A stretch of DNA of 64,000 nt, from assembly GCA_041694815.1 (NCBI GenBank), contig JBGFSC010000005.1, forward strand, positions 22,973 to 86,972. The letters are read 5' to 3'. Under the pieces are notes generated by a model that ran no database searches, was not told where the DNA came from, and saw only the letters and a program-made list of their open reading frames with translations. Position 1 is the stretch's first letter. Each line of letters begins with the position of its first letter. The DNA is from Elusimicrobiota bacterium (GTDB taxonomy: Bacteria > Elusimicrobiota > Elusimicrobia > UBA1565 > JACRDR01). Shown here in pieces: positions 8,848-17,900 of the stretch. The position numbers and the translations under genes are program-made.

Positions 8848-9665
8848 TACCCCTTCACCGCTCCCTGCGTCAAGCCGGCCACGATACCCCGTTGGAACAG
8901 ACAGGCGAGTAGGATCACGGGAAGGCAGACGAGCACCGAGGCCGCGGCGATGTCGCCGAATGGCGTCTCGTGAAGGCCCTGGAATAAGGCGACTCCCACC
9001 GGGACGGTCCTGGAGGCGTCGGTCGTCGTGAAGGTCAGCGCCATTAGGAACTCGTTCCAGGAAAAGATGAAGTTCAAGATGGCGCAGGCGGCGATGCCCC
9101 CCTTGGAAAGCGGCAGATGGATGCTCCAAAAGGTCTGCCAGGCGCTAAGCCCGTCGACGCGCGCGGCGTGGAAAAGCTCGCGCGGGATCTCCTTGAAAAA
9201 ATGCGTCAGGGTCCACAGCGTCAGGGGCAGGGTGAAGGTTGTATGCGTCAGGACCAGGGCCGCCCAGCTGTCGCGCAGGCCTAAGGCGCGCACCAGCAAA
9301 AACAGAGGGGCGAGCAGGGCCACGGCCGGCAGCATCGAAACGCTCAGCGTCAAGCCGAGCACGAGGCCTTTGCCACGGGCCGGCAGTTGGGCCAAGGCGA
9401 AAGCGGCGAAGCCGCCGGCGAGCAAGCTAGCCAAGGTGGTGGCCGCCCCCACGCCGAGGCTGTTGACGACCAGGCGCAGGAAGGTCGGGTCGGCGAGCAC
9501 CGCCCGGTAATGCGCCAAGGTCGGACGCGGGGGCAACAGGGGCGGAAGCCGCGCGAGATACTCGTCGGGCCTCAAGGAGGTCTGCACCTGCCAAAGGAAG
9601 GGGGCCAGCGACCAAAGGGCGAAGAGTGCGGCGACCCAAACCCCGAGCACTCGGCCAATGTTCAT
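8847..9665 (-). CDS. Carbohydrate ABC transporter permease (MalG-like)
   Basis: EAA loop (AARVDG), SWNEF, GLTQGAVKG ending. Confidence 0.92.
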   Translation of the reverse strand: MNIGRVLGVWVAALFALWSLAPFLWQVQTSLRPDEYLARLPPLLPPRPTLAHYRAVLADPTFLRLVVNSLGVGAATTLASLLAGGFAAFALAQLPARGKGLVLGLTLSVSMLPAVALLAPLFLLVRALGLRDSWAALVLTHTTFTLPLTLWTLTHFFKEIPRELFHAARVDGLSAWQTFWSIHLPLSKGGIAACAILNFIFSWNEFLMALTFTTTDASRTVPVGVALFQGLHETPFGDIAAASVLVCLPVILLACLFQRGIVAGLTQGAVKG

Positions 9666-10534
9666 GCCGAAGACGGGCGGAGGCGGCCCATGCATAAGAG
9701 GAAAAGGGCGCTGACGGCGGCCGACAGTAGTAGAACCGCGATCCCCACGGCGGAGCCGTAGCCGAATTCTAGGCTTTGGAAAAGCTTTTTATAGGCGAAG
9801 ACCGAGAGCGTCTCCGTGCTCCCGGCGGGCCCTCCCCCGGTCAGGACATAGACGACGTCGAAGACGCGGATGGAATCGAGGCTCCTAAAGAGCAGCGCCA
9901 CCAGGGCCATCGGCTTGAGCTGCGGCCAGGTGACATGAAGGAAGGTCGTCCAAGCCCCCGCTCCGTCGACGGCCGCGGCGCGATAGAGGGGTTGGGGGAT
10001 GGACTTTAACCCCGCCAGCAGCAACAGGGTCATGAAGGGCGTCGTCTTCCAAATCTCGGCCAGCATCGCGGCGGGCAGCACCAGGCGCACATCCGCGGTC
10101 CATACCACCGGCTCGGCGATCACCCCCAGGCGCAGCAACAGGTAATTGAGCAGACCGAAATTCCCGTTGTAGATCCACTCCCAGATCCGCGCCGAGACCG
10201 TCGTCGGGACGATCCAGGGGATGAGCAGGACGGCGAGAATCCAGCGATGACCGCGGAAATCCCGGCGCAGGGCGAGGGCGCAGGCCAGCCCCAAGGCGAA
10301 CTCGACGGCGACGGAGACGAGGGTGAAAGAGAGCGTCACGGCGGCGCTGCGCAAGAAGCGGGGGTTCTGCGCCAGATGGACGTAATTGGCCAAACCCACG
10401 TACTCGTTGACGCCGAAGATCGGGAAACGGCGGTGCAGGCTCATCCAAAAGGTCACGACTATCGGGAATACGGCCGTCGCCGCGATCAGCAGCAAGGCCG
10501 GCCCCAGCCACAGGGTCGCCGTGGAGCGCCTCAT
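9662..10534 (-). CDS. Carbohydrate ABC transporter permease (MalF-like)
   Basis: VGLANY, WKTTPF, AAAVDGA, LTGGGPA; start trimmed to MRRSTA. Confidence 0.92.
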   Translation of the reverse strand: MRRSTATLWLGPALLLIAATAVFPIVVTFWMSLHRRFPIFGVNEYVGLANYVHLAQNPRFLRSAAVTLSFTLVSVAVEFALGLACALALRRDFRGHRWILAVLLIPWIVPTTVSARIWEWIYNGNFGLLNYLLLRLGVIAEPVVWTADVRLVLPAAMLAEIWKTTPFMTLLLLAGLKSIPQPLYRAAAVDGAGAWTTFLHVTWPQLKPMALVALLFRSLDSIRVFDVVYVLTGGGPAGSTETLSVFAYKKLFQSLEFGYGSAVGIAVLLLSAAVSALFLLCMGRLRPSSA

Positions 10535-11811
10535 CGCCAGCGCCCCAATATGGGTTTGGCCTGTATCTCGATGTCGACGATGGCCTGCTTCGGCGTCTTG
10601 ATCCTCACCAAGGCGGCGGAGATCTCCGTCTGGAATATTTCGGACAGGCTCATATAGAACGGCGAGACGGGCCGGGGCCGCGCGTTCGACAAGATCTTCT
10701 CGAATAGCGACAAATGCGGATGGCGCGAGAGCAGGTCCTGGTCGCGGTAGAGCGCCGAGCGAGTCGGGAGGTAGCTCAAGCGCTCGTAGAGCAACTTCTG
10801 CACGGCGAAGGAAGTGAAATATTCCGCGAACAAGAAGGCTTCCTGCGGGTGCTTGGAATGTCGATTGACCCCGAGGTACCACCCCCCCAACGTGCTGACG
10901 CTGGGCTGGCCCGGGAAGCGCGGCAGGGGAGCCAACCCCACCTTCTGGCGGATGCTGGCGTCCGACTTATTGAAAATGCCGAGAACGTAGGGCCAATTGC
11001 GCAGGAACAAGGCGTTACCCTCGCTGAAGACATGGCGGGCGACCTCCTCGTCGGCCGCTAGAACGAGCTTCGGGGAAACCTTGTGGAGGTATACCAGGTC
11101 CACCATGAGCTGCAAGGCCTCCTCGGCCCGCCCGCGGTCCATCACCCAGCTCCCGTTCTCGCCTACGACCTGCACCCCGTTGGACCCGAAGAACTCCATC
11201 GCGTCGCACATCAAGCCCTCGTATTGCTTGCCCTGCCAGAGGAAACCGGACAAGTTCGGATTGTTCTCGCCGCGGAGCACGGTCTGGGCGGCATGGATGA
11301 GCTCCGGCCATGTCTGAGGCACGCCGAGCCCGTACTTGGCTAGGAGGTCCTTGCGGTAATAGAGCAGCCCCGCGTCGGTGAACCAGGGCACGCCGTAAAT
11401 GCCTCCCTGGAAGGTCGCCGCGCGGATGGTCGCGGGAAGAAATTTGGCCTGCTTGTCGGCCGAGAACCAGGGCGAGAGGTCCATTAGCCATCCCGCCCGG
11501 GCGAACTCGGCGATCCAAATGATGTCGAGGCCCATCACGTCGATAGCGTCGCTCTTGCCTTCGAGATTGATAGCGTAGAGCTGATGCTGCTGGCCGGAAT
11601 CCCAGGGCATCACCTCCTCGGCGACATGGATGGAGGGGTGCTCGCGCTCGAAGCCCTCGATCACCTGGTGGAAAAAGGCCTCGAACCCGCTGACCCTCCC
11701 ATGCCGGAACACGATCGTCACCCGGTCGGAGGGTCGCGAGGGCAATGTTTCTTTCGGCTTACCGCAGGCGGACGGTAGCAGGAAAAGGAGAAGGACGGCG
11801 CGCCGAATCAT
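10531..11811 (-). CDS. Carbohydrate ABC transporter substrate-binding lipoprotein (trehalose/maltose-like)
   Basis: Lipobox PSAC, DIIWIAEFA, LYYRKDLL, QGKQYEGL, RNWPY, STLGGW. Confidence 0.9.
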   Translation of the reverse strand: MIRRAVLLLFLLPSACGKPKETLPSRPSDRVTIVFRHGRVSGFEAFFHQVIEGFEREHPSIHVAEEVMPWDSGQQHQLYAINLEGKSDAIDVMGLDIIWIAEFARAGWLMDLSPWFSADKQAKFLPATIRAATFQGGIYGVPWFTDAGLLYYRKDLLAKYGLGVPQTWPELIHAAQTVLRGENNPNLSGFLWQGKQYEGLMCDAMEFFGSNGVQVVGENGSWVMDRGRAEEALQLMVDLVYLHKVSPKLVLAADEEVARHVFSEGNALFLRNWPYVLGIFNKSDASIRQKVGLAPLPRFPGQPSVSTLGGWYLGVNRHSKHPQEAFLFAEYFTSFAVQKLLYERLSYLPTRSALYRDQDLLSRHPHLSLFEKILSNARPRPVSPFYMSLSEIFQTEISAALVRIKTPKQAIVDIEIQAKPILGRWR

Positions 11812-12245
11812 GCCCGGCGTTCCTCTTTGCCAAGCATCCACGCCAGGCTCAGCGCGCCGACGGAAATGCACGAATCGGCGATATTGAACACCGGCCAGAC
11901 CCTCAGGTCGATGAAATCGATGACATGCCCGAACGCCAGCCGATCATAGAGATTGCCCAGCGCCCCGGCGATGACCAGAGCGACCGCATAGCGGGAGCCG
12001 GACCGCGCGGAGCACCAGCGGCGCCGGGCGACGAGCAGGCCCCCCAACAACACGATCGAGAGGGCGATGAAAAAGGCGTTGGAGTCCTGCAGCACGCCGA
12101 AGGCCGCGCCCGTATTCTCCACATAGGTGAGCCTCAAAAACGGAAATATCTCGATGAAGGAGCGCGGGGCCAGGAAGCGCTGGGCCCAGGACTTGCTCCA
12201 GCGGTCGGCGAGCAGGATCGCGCCGATCAGAGCCCCTTCCATCAC
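11808..12245 (-). CDS. lspA: Lipoprotein signal peptidase II
   Basis: [28 protein letters not shown]; classic ileS-lspA linkage. Confidence 0.93.
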   Translation of the reverse strand: MMEGALIGAILLADRWSKSWAQRFLAPRSFIEIFPFLRLTYVENTGAAFGVLQDSNAFFIALSIVLLGGLLVARRRWCSARSGSRYAVALVIAGALGNLYDRLAFGHVIDFIDLRVWPVFNIADSCISVGALSLAWMLGKEERRA

Positions 12246-15055
12246 GCCTTGAGTTGAGACACGCATCGCGCGCAGAGGTCGGGGCGCTTAGGGTCTGCGC
12301 CGATACTCGTCTGGAAGCGCCAACAACGGGCGCACTTGGAGCCTTCGGCCTTGGTGACCTCGATGCTGAGCCGACCGTTTCCCTCCTTGACCTCCACCTG
12401 GGAGACCAGGAGTATCTCCTCCCAGTTCCCGCGGTACTCGCCGAGCCACGGCGCGTCCGCTCCGGCGGCTAGGATCACCTTCGCCTGCAGGGAGCTACCC
12501 AGGGCTCCCGCGGCGCGTTGGGCCTCGATGCGCTTGTTGACCTCCTCGCGTATGGAGAGCACCGAACGCCACCGCTGCCCCAGCCGCTCGTCCGTCCAAC
12601 GCGCCTCGGCCCGCGCGCCGTCGGCGAGGAACACGCTCTCGGCAATAGGGTGCTTGGAGCCCAACGACGAAAGCATCCGGCGCATTTCCTGCCAGGCCTC
12701 CTCGGCGGTGAAGGAAAGGATCGGCGCGGCCAGGACCAAGAGCCGCTCGAGCGTCCAGTACATCGCCGTCTGCGCCGCGCGCCGCTGCGGGTTCTCGCGA
12801 GCGAGGGTATAGAGCTTGTCCTTGCAGGCGTCCAGGTAAAAGGCCGAGAGCTCGAGGTTGCAGAAATCGACGAGGCCGCGCGCCGCGTCCCGGAAGCGGA
12901 ACCCCTCGTAGGCTTCGGCCGTTTGCTTGATGACCAACGACAGGCGGTGCAGGATGTAGCGGTCCATCTCCCCGAGAGACTCCAGCGGGACGGCGTGCCT
13001 AGCCGGGTCGAAGTCGCAGACGTTTCCCAAGAGGTAGCGGAAAGTGTTGCGCGCCTTACGGTAGGCCTCGGAGGGGACCTCCAGCAGCTTCGGCGAAAGC
13101 CTCACGTCGTCGGAATAGTCGGCGAGGGCCACCCAAAGCCTCAGAACGTCGGCCCCCAGTTTGTCCGTGACTTCCTGCGGAGCGACGACGTTGCCTAGGG
13201 ACTTGTGCATCGCGCGGCCCTGGTCGTCTAGCACGAAGCCATGGGTCAAGACCCCCTTATAGGGGGCCTTGCCGGCCAGCGCGACGGAGGTGACCAGCGA
13301 GCTCTGGAACCAACCGCGGTGCTGGTCCGAGCCTTCCAAGTACAGGTCGCAGGGCGACTGCCCTTCGCCTAGGACCGCCAGCCAGGACGCTCCCGAGTCC
13401 ATCCACACGTCGAGGATGTCATCTTCGCGCCGGAACGCCTCCCCACCGCATCGGGCGCATGATTTGGGATCGATGAAGCCCCAGGATAGCTCATCCTCCT
13501 TCGCGCCGCCCAAACGCACGTTTTTGCCGGGCGACTCGAACCAAAAATCCGAGCCCTCCCGGGCGACGCGTTTTTCGATCGATTCGATCACCGAGTCGTC
13601 GTTGAGGAACTCGCCGCACGCCGCGCAGAAGAGCGCCGGGATGGGAGTGCCCCAGACCCTCTGGCGCGAAAGGCACCAATCGGGCCGCCCCTCGACCATC
13701 GCCGATATCCGCGCCTGCCCCTCGGGAGGGACCCAGCGGACCCGAGAGATCGCCTCGAGCAGCTTTTGGCGCAGCCCGCCGCGCTCGACGCTCAAGAACC
13801 ACTGCTCCGTCGCGCGGAAGACGATCGGATTCTTGCAGCGCCAGCAGTGAGGGTAGCTGTGTTGCAATTGGGATTCGCATAACAGCAGCTCGCGTCGACG
13901 CAGCGAGTCCAGTACCGCGGGGTTGCCCTCTTTAAACACCTGCATCCCCTGCAACGGCCCGACCTCGGCGCCAAAACGCCCGGATGCGTCGACGGGGCAA
14001 AAGATTTTGAGCTGATATCGCTGGCCCGCGTAAAAATCATCGGCGCCGTGACCGGGAGCGGAATGGACAATGCCGGTGCCGTCCTCGGCGCTGACGAAAT
14101 CCGCCAATAAGCCGACGCCGATTCCCCCGAAAGGCTTCTCGTACTCGAAACGCACCGCCTCTTTCGGGGCCGATGCGAGTTCACGCCCGAGCCAGGAACG
14201 GATCTCGCGAAAGCCCTTCGCTCCGAGCGCGCCGGCCACCGCCTGCAGCCGTTGCCCCGCGACGAGGAACCGGCGCGCACCCGCGGCTAATTCGAAATCG
14301 GCCAGCACGTATCGGAGCTCCGGATGGAAGGCGACGGCCATGTTGGCCGGCAAGGTCCACGGCGTCGTCGTCCAGATCAGCACCTCGGCGGGATCATTCC
14401 CGACCCAATTCTTGATTGGAAAAGCGACGTAGATCGAGGGTGAGGTTTTGTCTTTATACTCGACCTCGGCCTCGGCCAAGGCGGTCTCGCAATGGATGCA
14501 CCAATATACCGGCTTGAGGCCGCGGTAGATGTAGCCTGCCTTCAGCAGCGACCGGAAGGCGCCGATAACCCGGGACTCATACTCCGGAGACATCGTCGTG
14601 TAGGGATGGTCCCAGTCACCGAACACGCCCAGGCGGCGGAACTCCTCTTTCTGTATCTCGATGAATTTGGCGGCGAAGGCGGCCGCCTTGCGCCTAAATC
14701 CCACCGGATCGGTGATCGAGCGCTTGTCGGTCTTCATCTCCTTGAGCAGGGCGAGCTCGATGGGCAGGCCGTGGCAGTCCCATCCCGGCACGTAGGGGGC
14801 GCGCCGTCCGGACAAGGCGCGGGACTTGACCGTCATGTCCTTGAGAATCTTATTGAGCGCGTGCCCGATATGGATATGCCCGTTAGCATAGGGCGGACCG
14901 TCGTGGAGGACGAATCCCTTTTCCCCCCTCTGCATCCTCCGGTAAACGTCCTTCTCCCGCCAGAACTCGAGCCATTGGGGCTCCCGCTTGGGCAATTCCC
15001 CGCGCATGGGAAACTGAGTCTTGGGAAGGTGTACGGTGCTGGAGTAATCAGCCAT
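12242..15055 (-). CDS. ileS: Isoleucine-tRNA ligase
   Basis: [41 protein letters not shown] (KMSKS variant), C-terminal Zn finger. Confidence 0.96.
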   Translation of the reverse strand: MADYSSTVHLPKTQFPMRGELPKREPQWLEFWREKDVYRRMQRGEKGFVLHDGPPYANGHIHIGHALNKILKDMTVKSRALSGRRAPYVPGWDCHGLPIELALLKEMKTDKRSITDPVGFRRKAAAFAAKFIEIQKEEFRRLGVFGDWDHPYTTMSPEYESRVIGAFRSLLKAGYIYRGLKPVYWCIHCETALAEAEVEYKDKTSPSIYVAFPIKNWVGNDPAEVLIWTTTPWTLPANMAVAFHPELRYVLADFELAAGARRFLVAGQRLQAVAGALGAKGFREIRSWLGRELASAPKEAVRFEYEKPFGGIGVGLLADFVSAEDGTGIVHSAPGHGADDFYAGQRYQLKIFCPVDASGRFGAEVGPLQGMQVFKEGNPAVLDSLRRRELLLCESQLQHSYPHCWRCKNPIVFRATEQWFLSVERGGLRQKLLEAISRVRWVPPEGQARISAMVEGRPDWCLSRQRVWGTPIPALFCAACGEFLNDDSVIESIEKRVAREGSDFWFESPGKNVRLGGAKEDELSWGFIDPKSCARCGGEAFRREDDILDVWMDSGASWLAVLGEGQSPCDLYLEGSDQHRGWFQSSLVTSVALAGKAPYKGVLTHGFVLDDQGRAMHKSLGNVVAPQEVTDKLGADVLRLWVALADYSDDVRLSPKLLEVPSEAYRKARNTFRYLLGNVCDFDPARHAVPLESLGEMDRYILHRLSLVIKQTAEAYEGFRFRDAARGLVDFCNLELSAFYLDACKDKLYTLARENPQRRAAQTAMYWTLERLLVLAAPILSFTAEEAWQEMRRMLSSLGSKHPIAESVFLADGARAEARWTDERLGQRWRSVLSIREEVNKRIEAQRAAGALGSSLQAKVILAAGADAPWLGEYRGNWEEILLVSQVEVKEGNGRLSIEVTKAEGSKCARCWRFQTSIGADPKRPDLCARCVSQLKA

Positions 15056-15066
15056 GAAGAGAGGGA

Positions 15067-16206
15067 TCAGTCGGCCAAGAGATGCCGACTGATGATGAGC
15101 TCCTGGATCTGGCTGGAGCCCTCCCCGATCTGGTAGAGCTTCGCGTCCCGGAAATAACGCTGGACGGGATTGCGCATCAGGGCGCCGTGGGGCCCGAAAA
15201 GATCGAGAATCAAGGTGGGCGCCTTCATCGCCAGGTCCCCGCTCATGAGCTTGGCCATGGAGGCTTCCTTCGAGTAGCGCTCGCCGTTGTCAACGAGCAA
15301 CGCCGCGCGCAGCGTCAACAGGCGCGCGGCGTCGATCTCGGTGGCGATGTCCGCCAAGAGCTTCTGCGCCCCCGTGAGCCCGGGATTATCGGGGCGGATC
15401 TTGAACTGGTGCTTTCTCGGCTTGACCCAGCGGATTCCCTCCTCGAGAGCCCCGCGCGCGATGCCCACGGCCACGCCCGAGATGCCGACGCGGCCGCCGT
15501 CCAAGACGCGCATGACATCGCCGAAGGCGCGGCCCGGCTCGCCCAGGACATGCTCGGGGCCCAGGCGCACGCCGCTTAAGTGCAGCTGCGCCGTGTCCGA
15601 GCCGCGGATGCCCATTTTTTTCTCTTTCTTTCCGACCTCCAGGCCCGGCGTCCCCTTATCGCAGACGAAGGCCGTCAACGCCTTCTCCCCTGTCCGAGCC
15701 ATGATCACGTAGACCCCGGCCACGGAGCCCTGGGTGGTGAAGGTTTTCGAGCCATTGAGCACCCATCGGCCACCCTCGAAGACGGCCGTGGTCTTGATGG
15801 AGGCGGCGTCCGAGCCCGCCCCAGGCTCGGTCAGGGCCCAGGCGCCGAGCACCTCTCCCCGCGCCAGGCGAGACAGATACTTCTGCTTTTGCGCCTCGTT
15901 GCCCGTCAGGAAGATGTGGCCGGAGCAGAGGGAATTGTGCGACTCGACGGTCAGCGCCAGCGAAGCGTCGGCCCGGCCCAACTCCTCGAGGATGAGGCAG
16001 TAGCTGACCGTATCGAGCTCCTGGCCGCCGTACTTCTTGGGGAAAAAGATGCCGAACAGGCCCAATTTCTTGGCGCCCTCCACGAAATCCCAAGGGAATT
16101 GCTCCTTGATATCGTACTCATGCGCTCGGGGCAGCACCTCCCGCTCGCAGAATTCCCTGACTTTCCTTTGGATTTCGAGGTGATGGGGCTTTAATTTGAA
16201 GTCCAT
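15067..16206 (-). CDS. Acyl-CoA dehydrogenase
   Basis: [35 protein letters not shown]. Confidence 0.93.
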   Translation of the reverse strand: MDFKLKPHHLEIQRKVREFCEREVLPRAHEYDIKEQFPWDFVEGAKKLGLFGIFFPKKYGGQELDTVSYCLILEELGRADASLALTVESHNSLCSGHIFLTGNEAQKQKYLSRLARGEVLGAWALTEPGAGSDAASIKTTAVFEGGRWVLNGSKTFTTQGSVAGVYVIMARTGEKALTAFVCDKGTPGLEVGKKEKKMGIRGSDTAQLHLSGVRLGPEHVLGEPGRAFGDVMRVLDGGRVGISGVAVGIARGALEEGIRWVKPRKHQFKIRPDNPGLTGAQKLLADIATEIDAARLLTLRAALLVDNGERYSKEASMAKLMSGDLAMKAPTLILDLFGPHGALMRNPVQRYFRDAKLYQIGEGSSQIQELIISRHLLAD

Positions 16207-16249
16207 CGCCCGTCATCATAACATTTTAGTCCCCAAGCTCGCCTTTCCA

Positions 16250-16489
16250 TAGAAGCCATCCAAACCTGTCAGGCGCCGTCTACAATCACCGCGAAACTGC
16301 ATCGAGAGTCGATCTCTCTAAAACGTAAAGTTTATTTCTTGACGGCGCCTTACGCCTGCAAACTTGGCTTTCGGCCTACGCCCACATCATTCCTCGCTTG
16401 CGTACCTTTCGGGTTGCAGGTGCGCCGCATTTGTTGCCTTGGCTCGAACCCACGTTTTCGTGTTCCAACAGGTTTTTGGACGGCTTCTA
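16250..16489 (-). ncRNA. Candidate structured RNA (or MITE) directly downstream of the HNH gene
   Basis: Closing inverted repeat 16250-16269/16468-16489, internal stems 16271-16280/16341-16350 and 16355-16361/16414-16420, several GAAA/GCAA-loop hairpins on the minus strand. Confidence 0.5.
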
Positions 16490-16504
16490 AGCATAATAAT
16501 GTTA

Positions 16505-17614
16505 TTACTCGCGCTGGAAGTACGGACCGCCGAACGCCCTTCGGCCGGCCAGAAGATTATGCGGCCGACAAAACTGCCTGAGCCCCTCGGGTTGGTCCGA
16601 GGATCCGCCGAGGGCGTAAGGCAGCTTATGATCGAACTCCAACCAGGCCCGACTTTCGCAGCGCACCCCGTCCGATCCAATGAAGACGCATCGGCCGCCA
16701 TCGCGCTCATGCACCGTTTGCTTAACCGACTCCGGGATATACCGCGAACGTTTAAGGCCTTCTCGATTCCCCGTCGTCGGGCGCCGATGCTCGGGCCCGC
16801 TTTTGCGGCGGTCCCGATCGTGCCGATCCAACAACTCGCTAAGCGCCAGACCGATAACGGCGTCTGTTTCCCCGTTAGGGAATCGATGCCGCAATATTTC
16901 CTTGGCCCGAGCGATCATGTCTATGGTCGTTTTACTCGCGGCGAAGCGAAACTCGTATATCTCGGCATTCACCGTGGTCTGTAGAGTCCCGCTTACGTAT
17001 TGACCGAAAAGATCGGGATCAGCAGAAGCCTTCGCATCGACCGAAACCTGGCTTAAAGCCGGCAAGAGGGAATCGGGACTACCCAAAGCCGTCGCATCTT
17101 CTGACGCACGGCTTATAACCGGCAGAACGGCGACCGAAGCAATTTCCGTCAGGGACGGCGCCGCGACTATCCGGATCATATCCCTCGGAGGCTGCTTAGG
17201 ATTTAAGGCGGCGACAATCCGCTCGACCTCCTCCTTGCTTTTGCCGGACGCTCTTTGAAGCAGCCGTTGGTGATTTTCCGAAGTCAATAGCGGGGCAAGC
17301 ATCGTCGCGGCCGATAAGCAAATCTCGCCTTCGCCTATCATCCGCAACAGCGAACGGAATCGGCGTCCCTTGCGGGCCACAGCGATCCGACGATAAGCCC
17401 CGGCCCGCGAGTATTTAAGGATCCGCGTGCAATATTCAAAGGCCGAAGGGTACCCCTTGCTCTCGGGTAGTTGTCTGCGGTCGAACTCCCCGAGCCGAAT
17501 GAGCAGGGCTATAAGCGACCGACGCTCGTTACTTGCGGCCTCGAGCAGTTCCGCGGTCAACCGCTCATCGGTCCAAGCGGCCGTTTCTTTGAACTGCCGT
17601 TCGATTTCGTCCAT
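16505..17614 (-). CDS. HNH endonuclease-domain protein with long helical N-terminal region (DUF222-like)
   Basis: RYIP..VHERDGGRC..RC..LEFDH...GG...CRPHN at the C-terminus; GGAGG RBS before ATG 17614. Confidence 0.85.
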   Translation of the reverse strand: MDEIERQFKETAAWTDERLTAELLEAASNERRSLIALLIRLGEFDRRQLPESKGYPSAFEYCTRILKYSRAGAYRRIAVARKGRRFRSLLRMIGEGEICLSAATMLAPLLTSENHQRLLQRASGKSKEEVERIVAALNPKQPPRDMIRIVAAPSLTEIASVAVLPVISRASEDATALGSPDSLLPALSQVSVDAKASADPDLFGQYVSGTLQTTVNAEIYEFRFAASKTTIDMIARAKEILRHRFPNGETDAVIGLALSELLDRHDRDRRKSGPEHRRPTTGNREGLKRSRYIPESVKQTVHERDGGRCVFIGSDGVRCESRAWLEFDHKLPYALGGSSDQPEGLRQFCRPHNLLAGRRAFGGPYFQRE

Positions 17615-17685
17615 ATGCCTCCAGACCCATATTCCTCCATATGCCTCCACCCATATATACGAATAACAGGTCGATTTAGTTCCAT

Positions 17686-17809
17686 CCCGTGACTTTCAAA
17701 TCAAAAAACGCTGAGAGCAAATAGGATTTTTTCTTTCCAGTCTCACCGGTGAGACTGGAAAGAAAATTCTGCCGGTCTTAAAAGCATTATCTCTCCGAAA
17801 AGTCACGGG
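17686..17809. repeat. Perfect 38-bp palindrome with concentric 11-bp outer inverted repeats
   Basis: TTTTCTTTCCAGTCTCACC|GGTGAGACTGGAAAGAAAA 17729-17766; CCCGTGACTTT 17686-17696 and AAAGTCACGGG 17799-17809 share the same centre (17747/17748). Confidence 0.9.
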
Positions 17810-17900
17810 TTTTTTGTGGATAACAGCAAAGCCGCAGCCAAAGACGGCGCAGGCATCCACCGTGGGTAGCTGAGTACGAGAAATTTTCTATAATCCCGCG

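Noticed and set aside
16364..16984. 206-aa plus-strand ORF
   Set aside because: Antisense shadow of the HNH gene with no motif or RBS
16505..17614. HNH protein as IscB/Cas9/TnpB
   Set aside because: No RuvC motifs or PLMP N-terminus; HNH is at the extreme C-terminus
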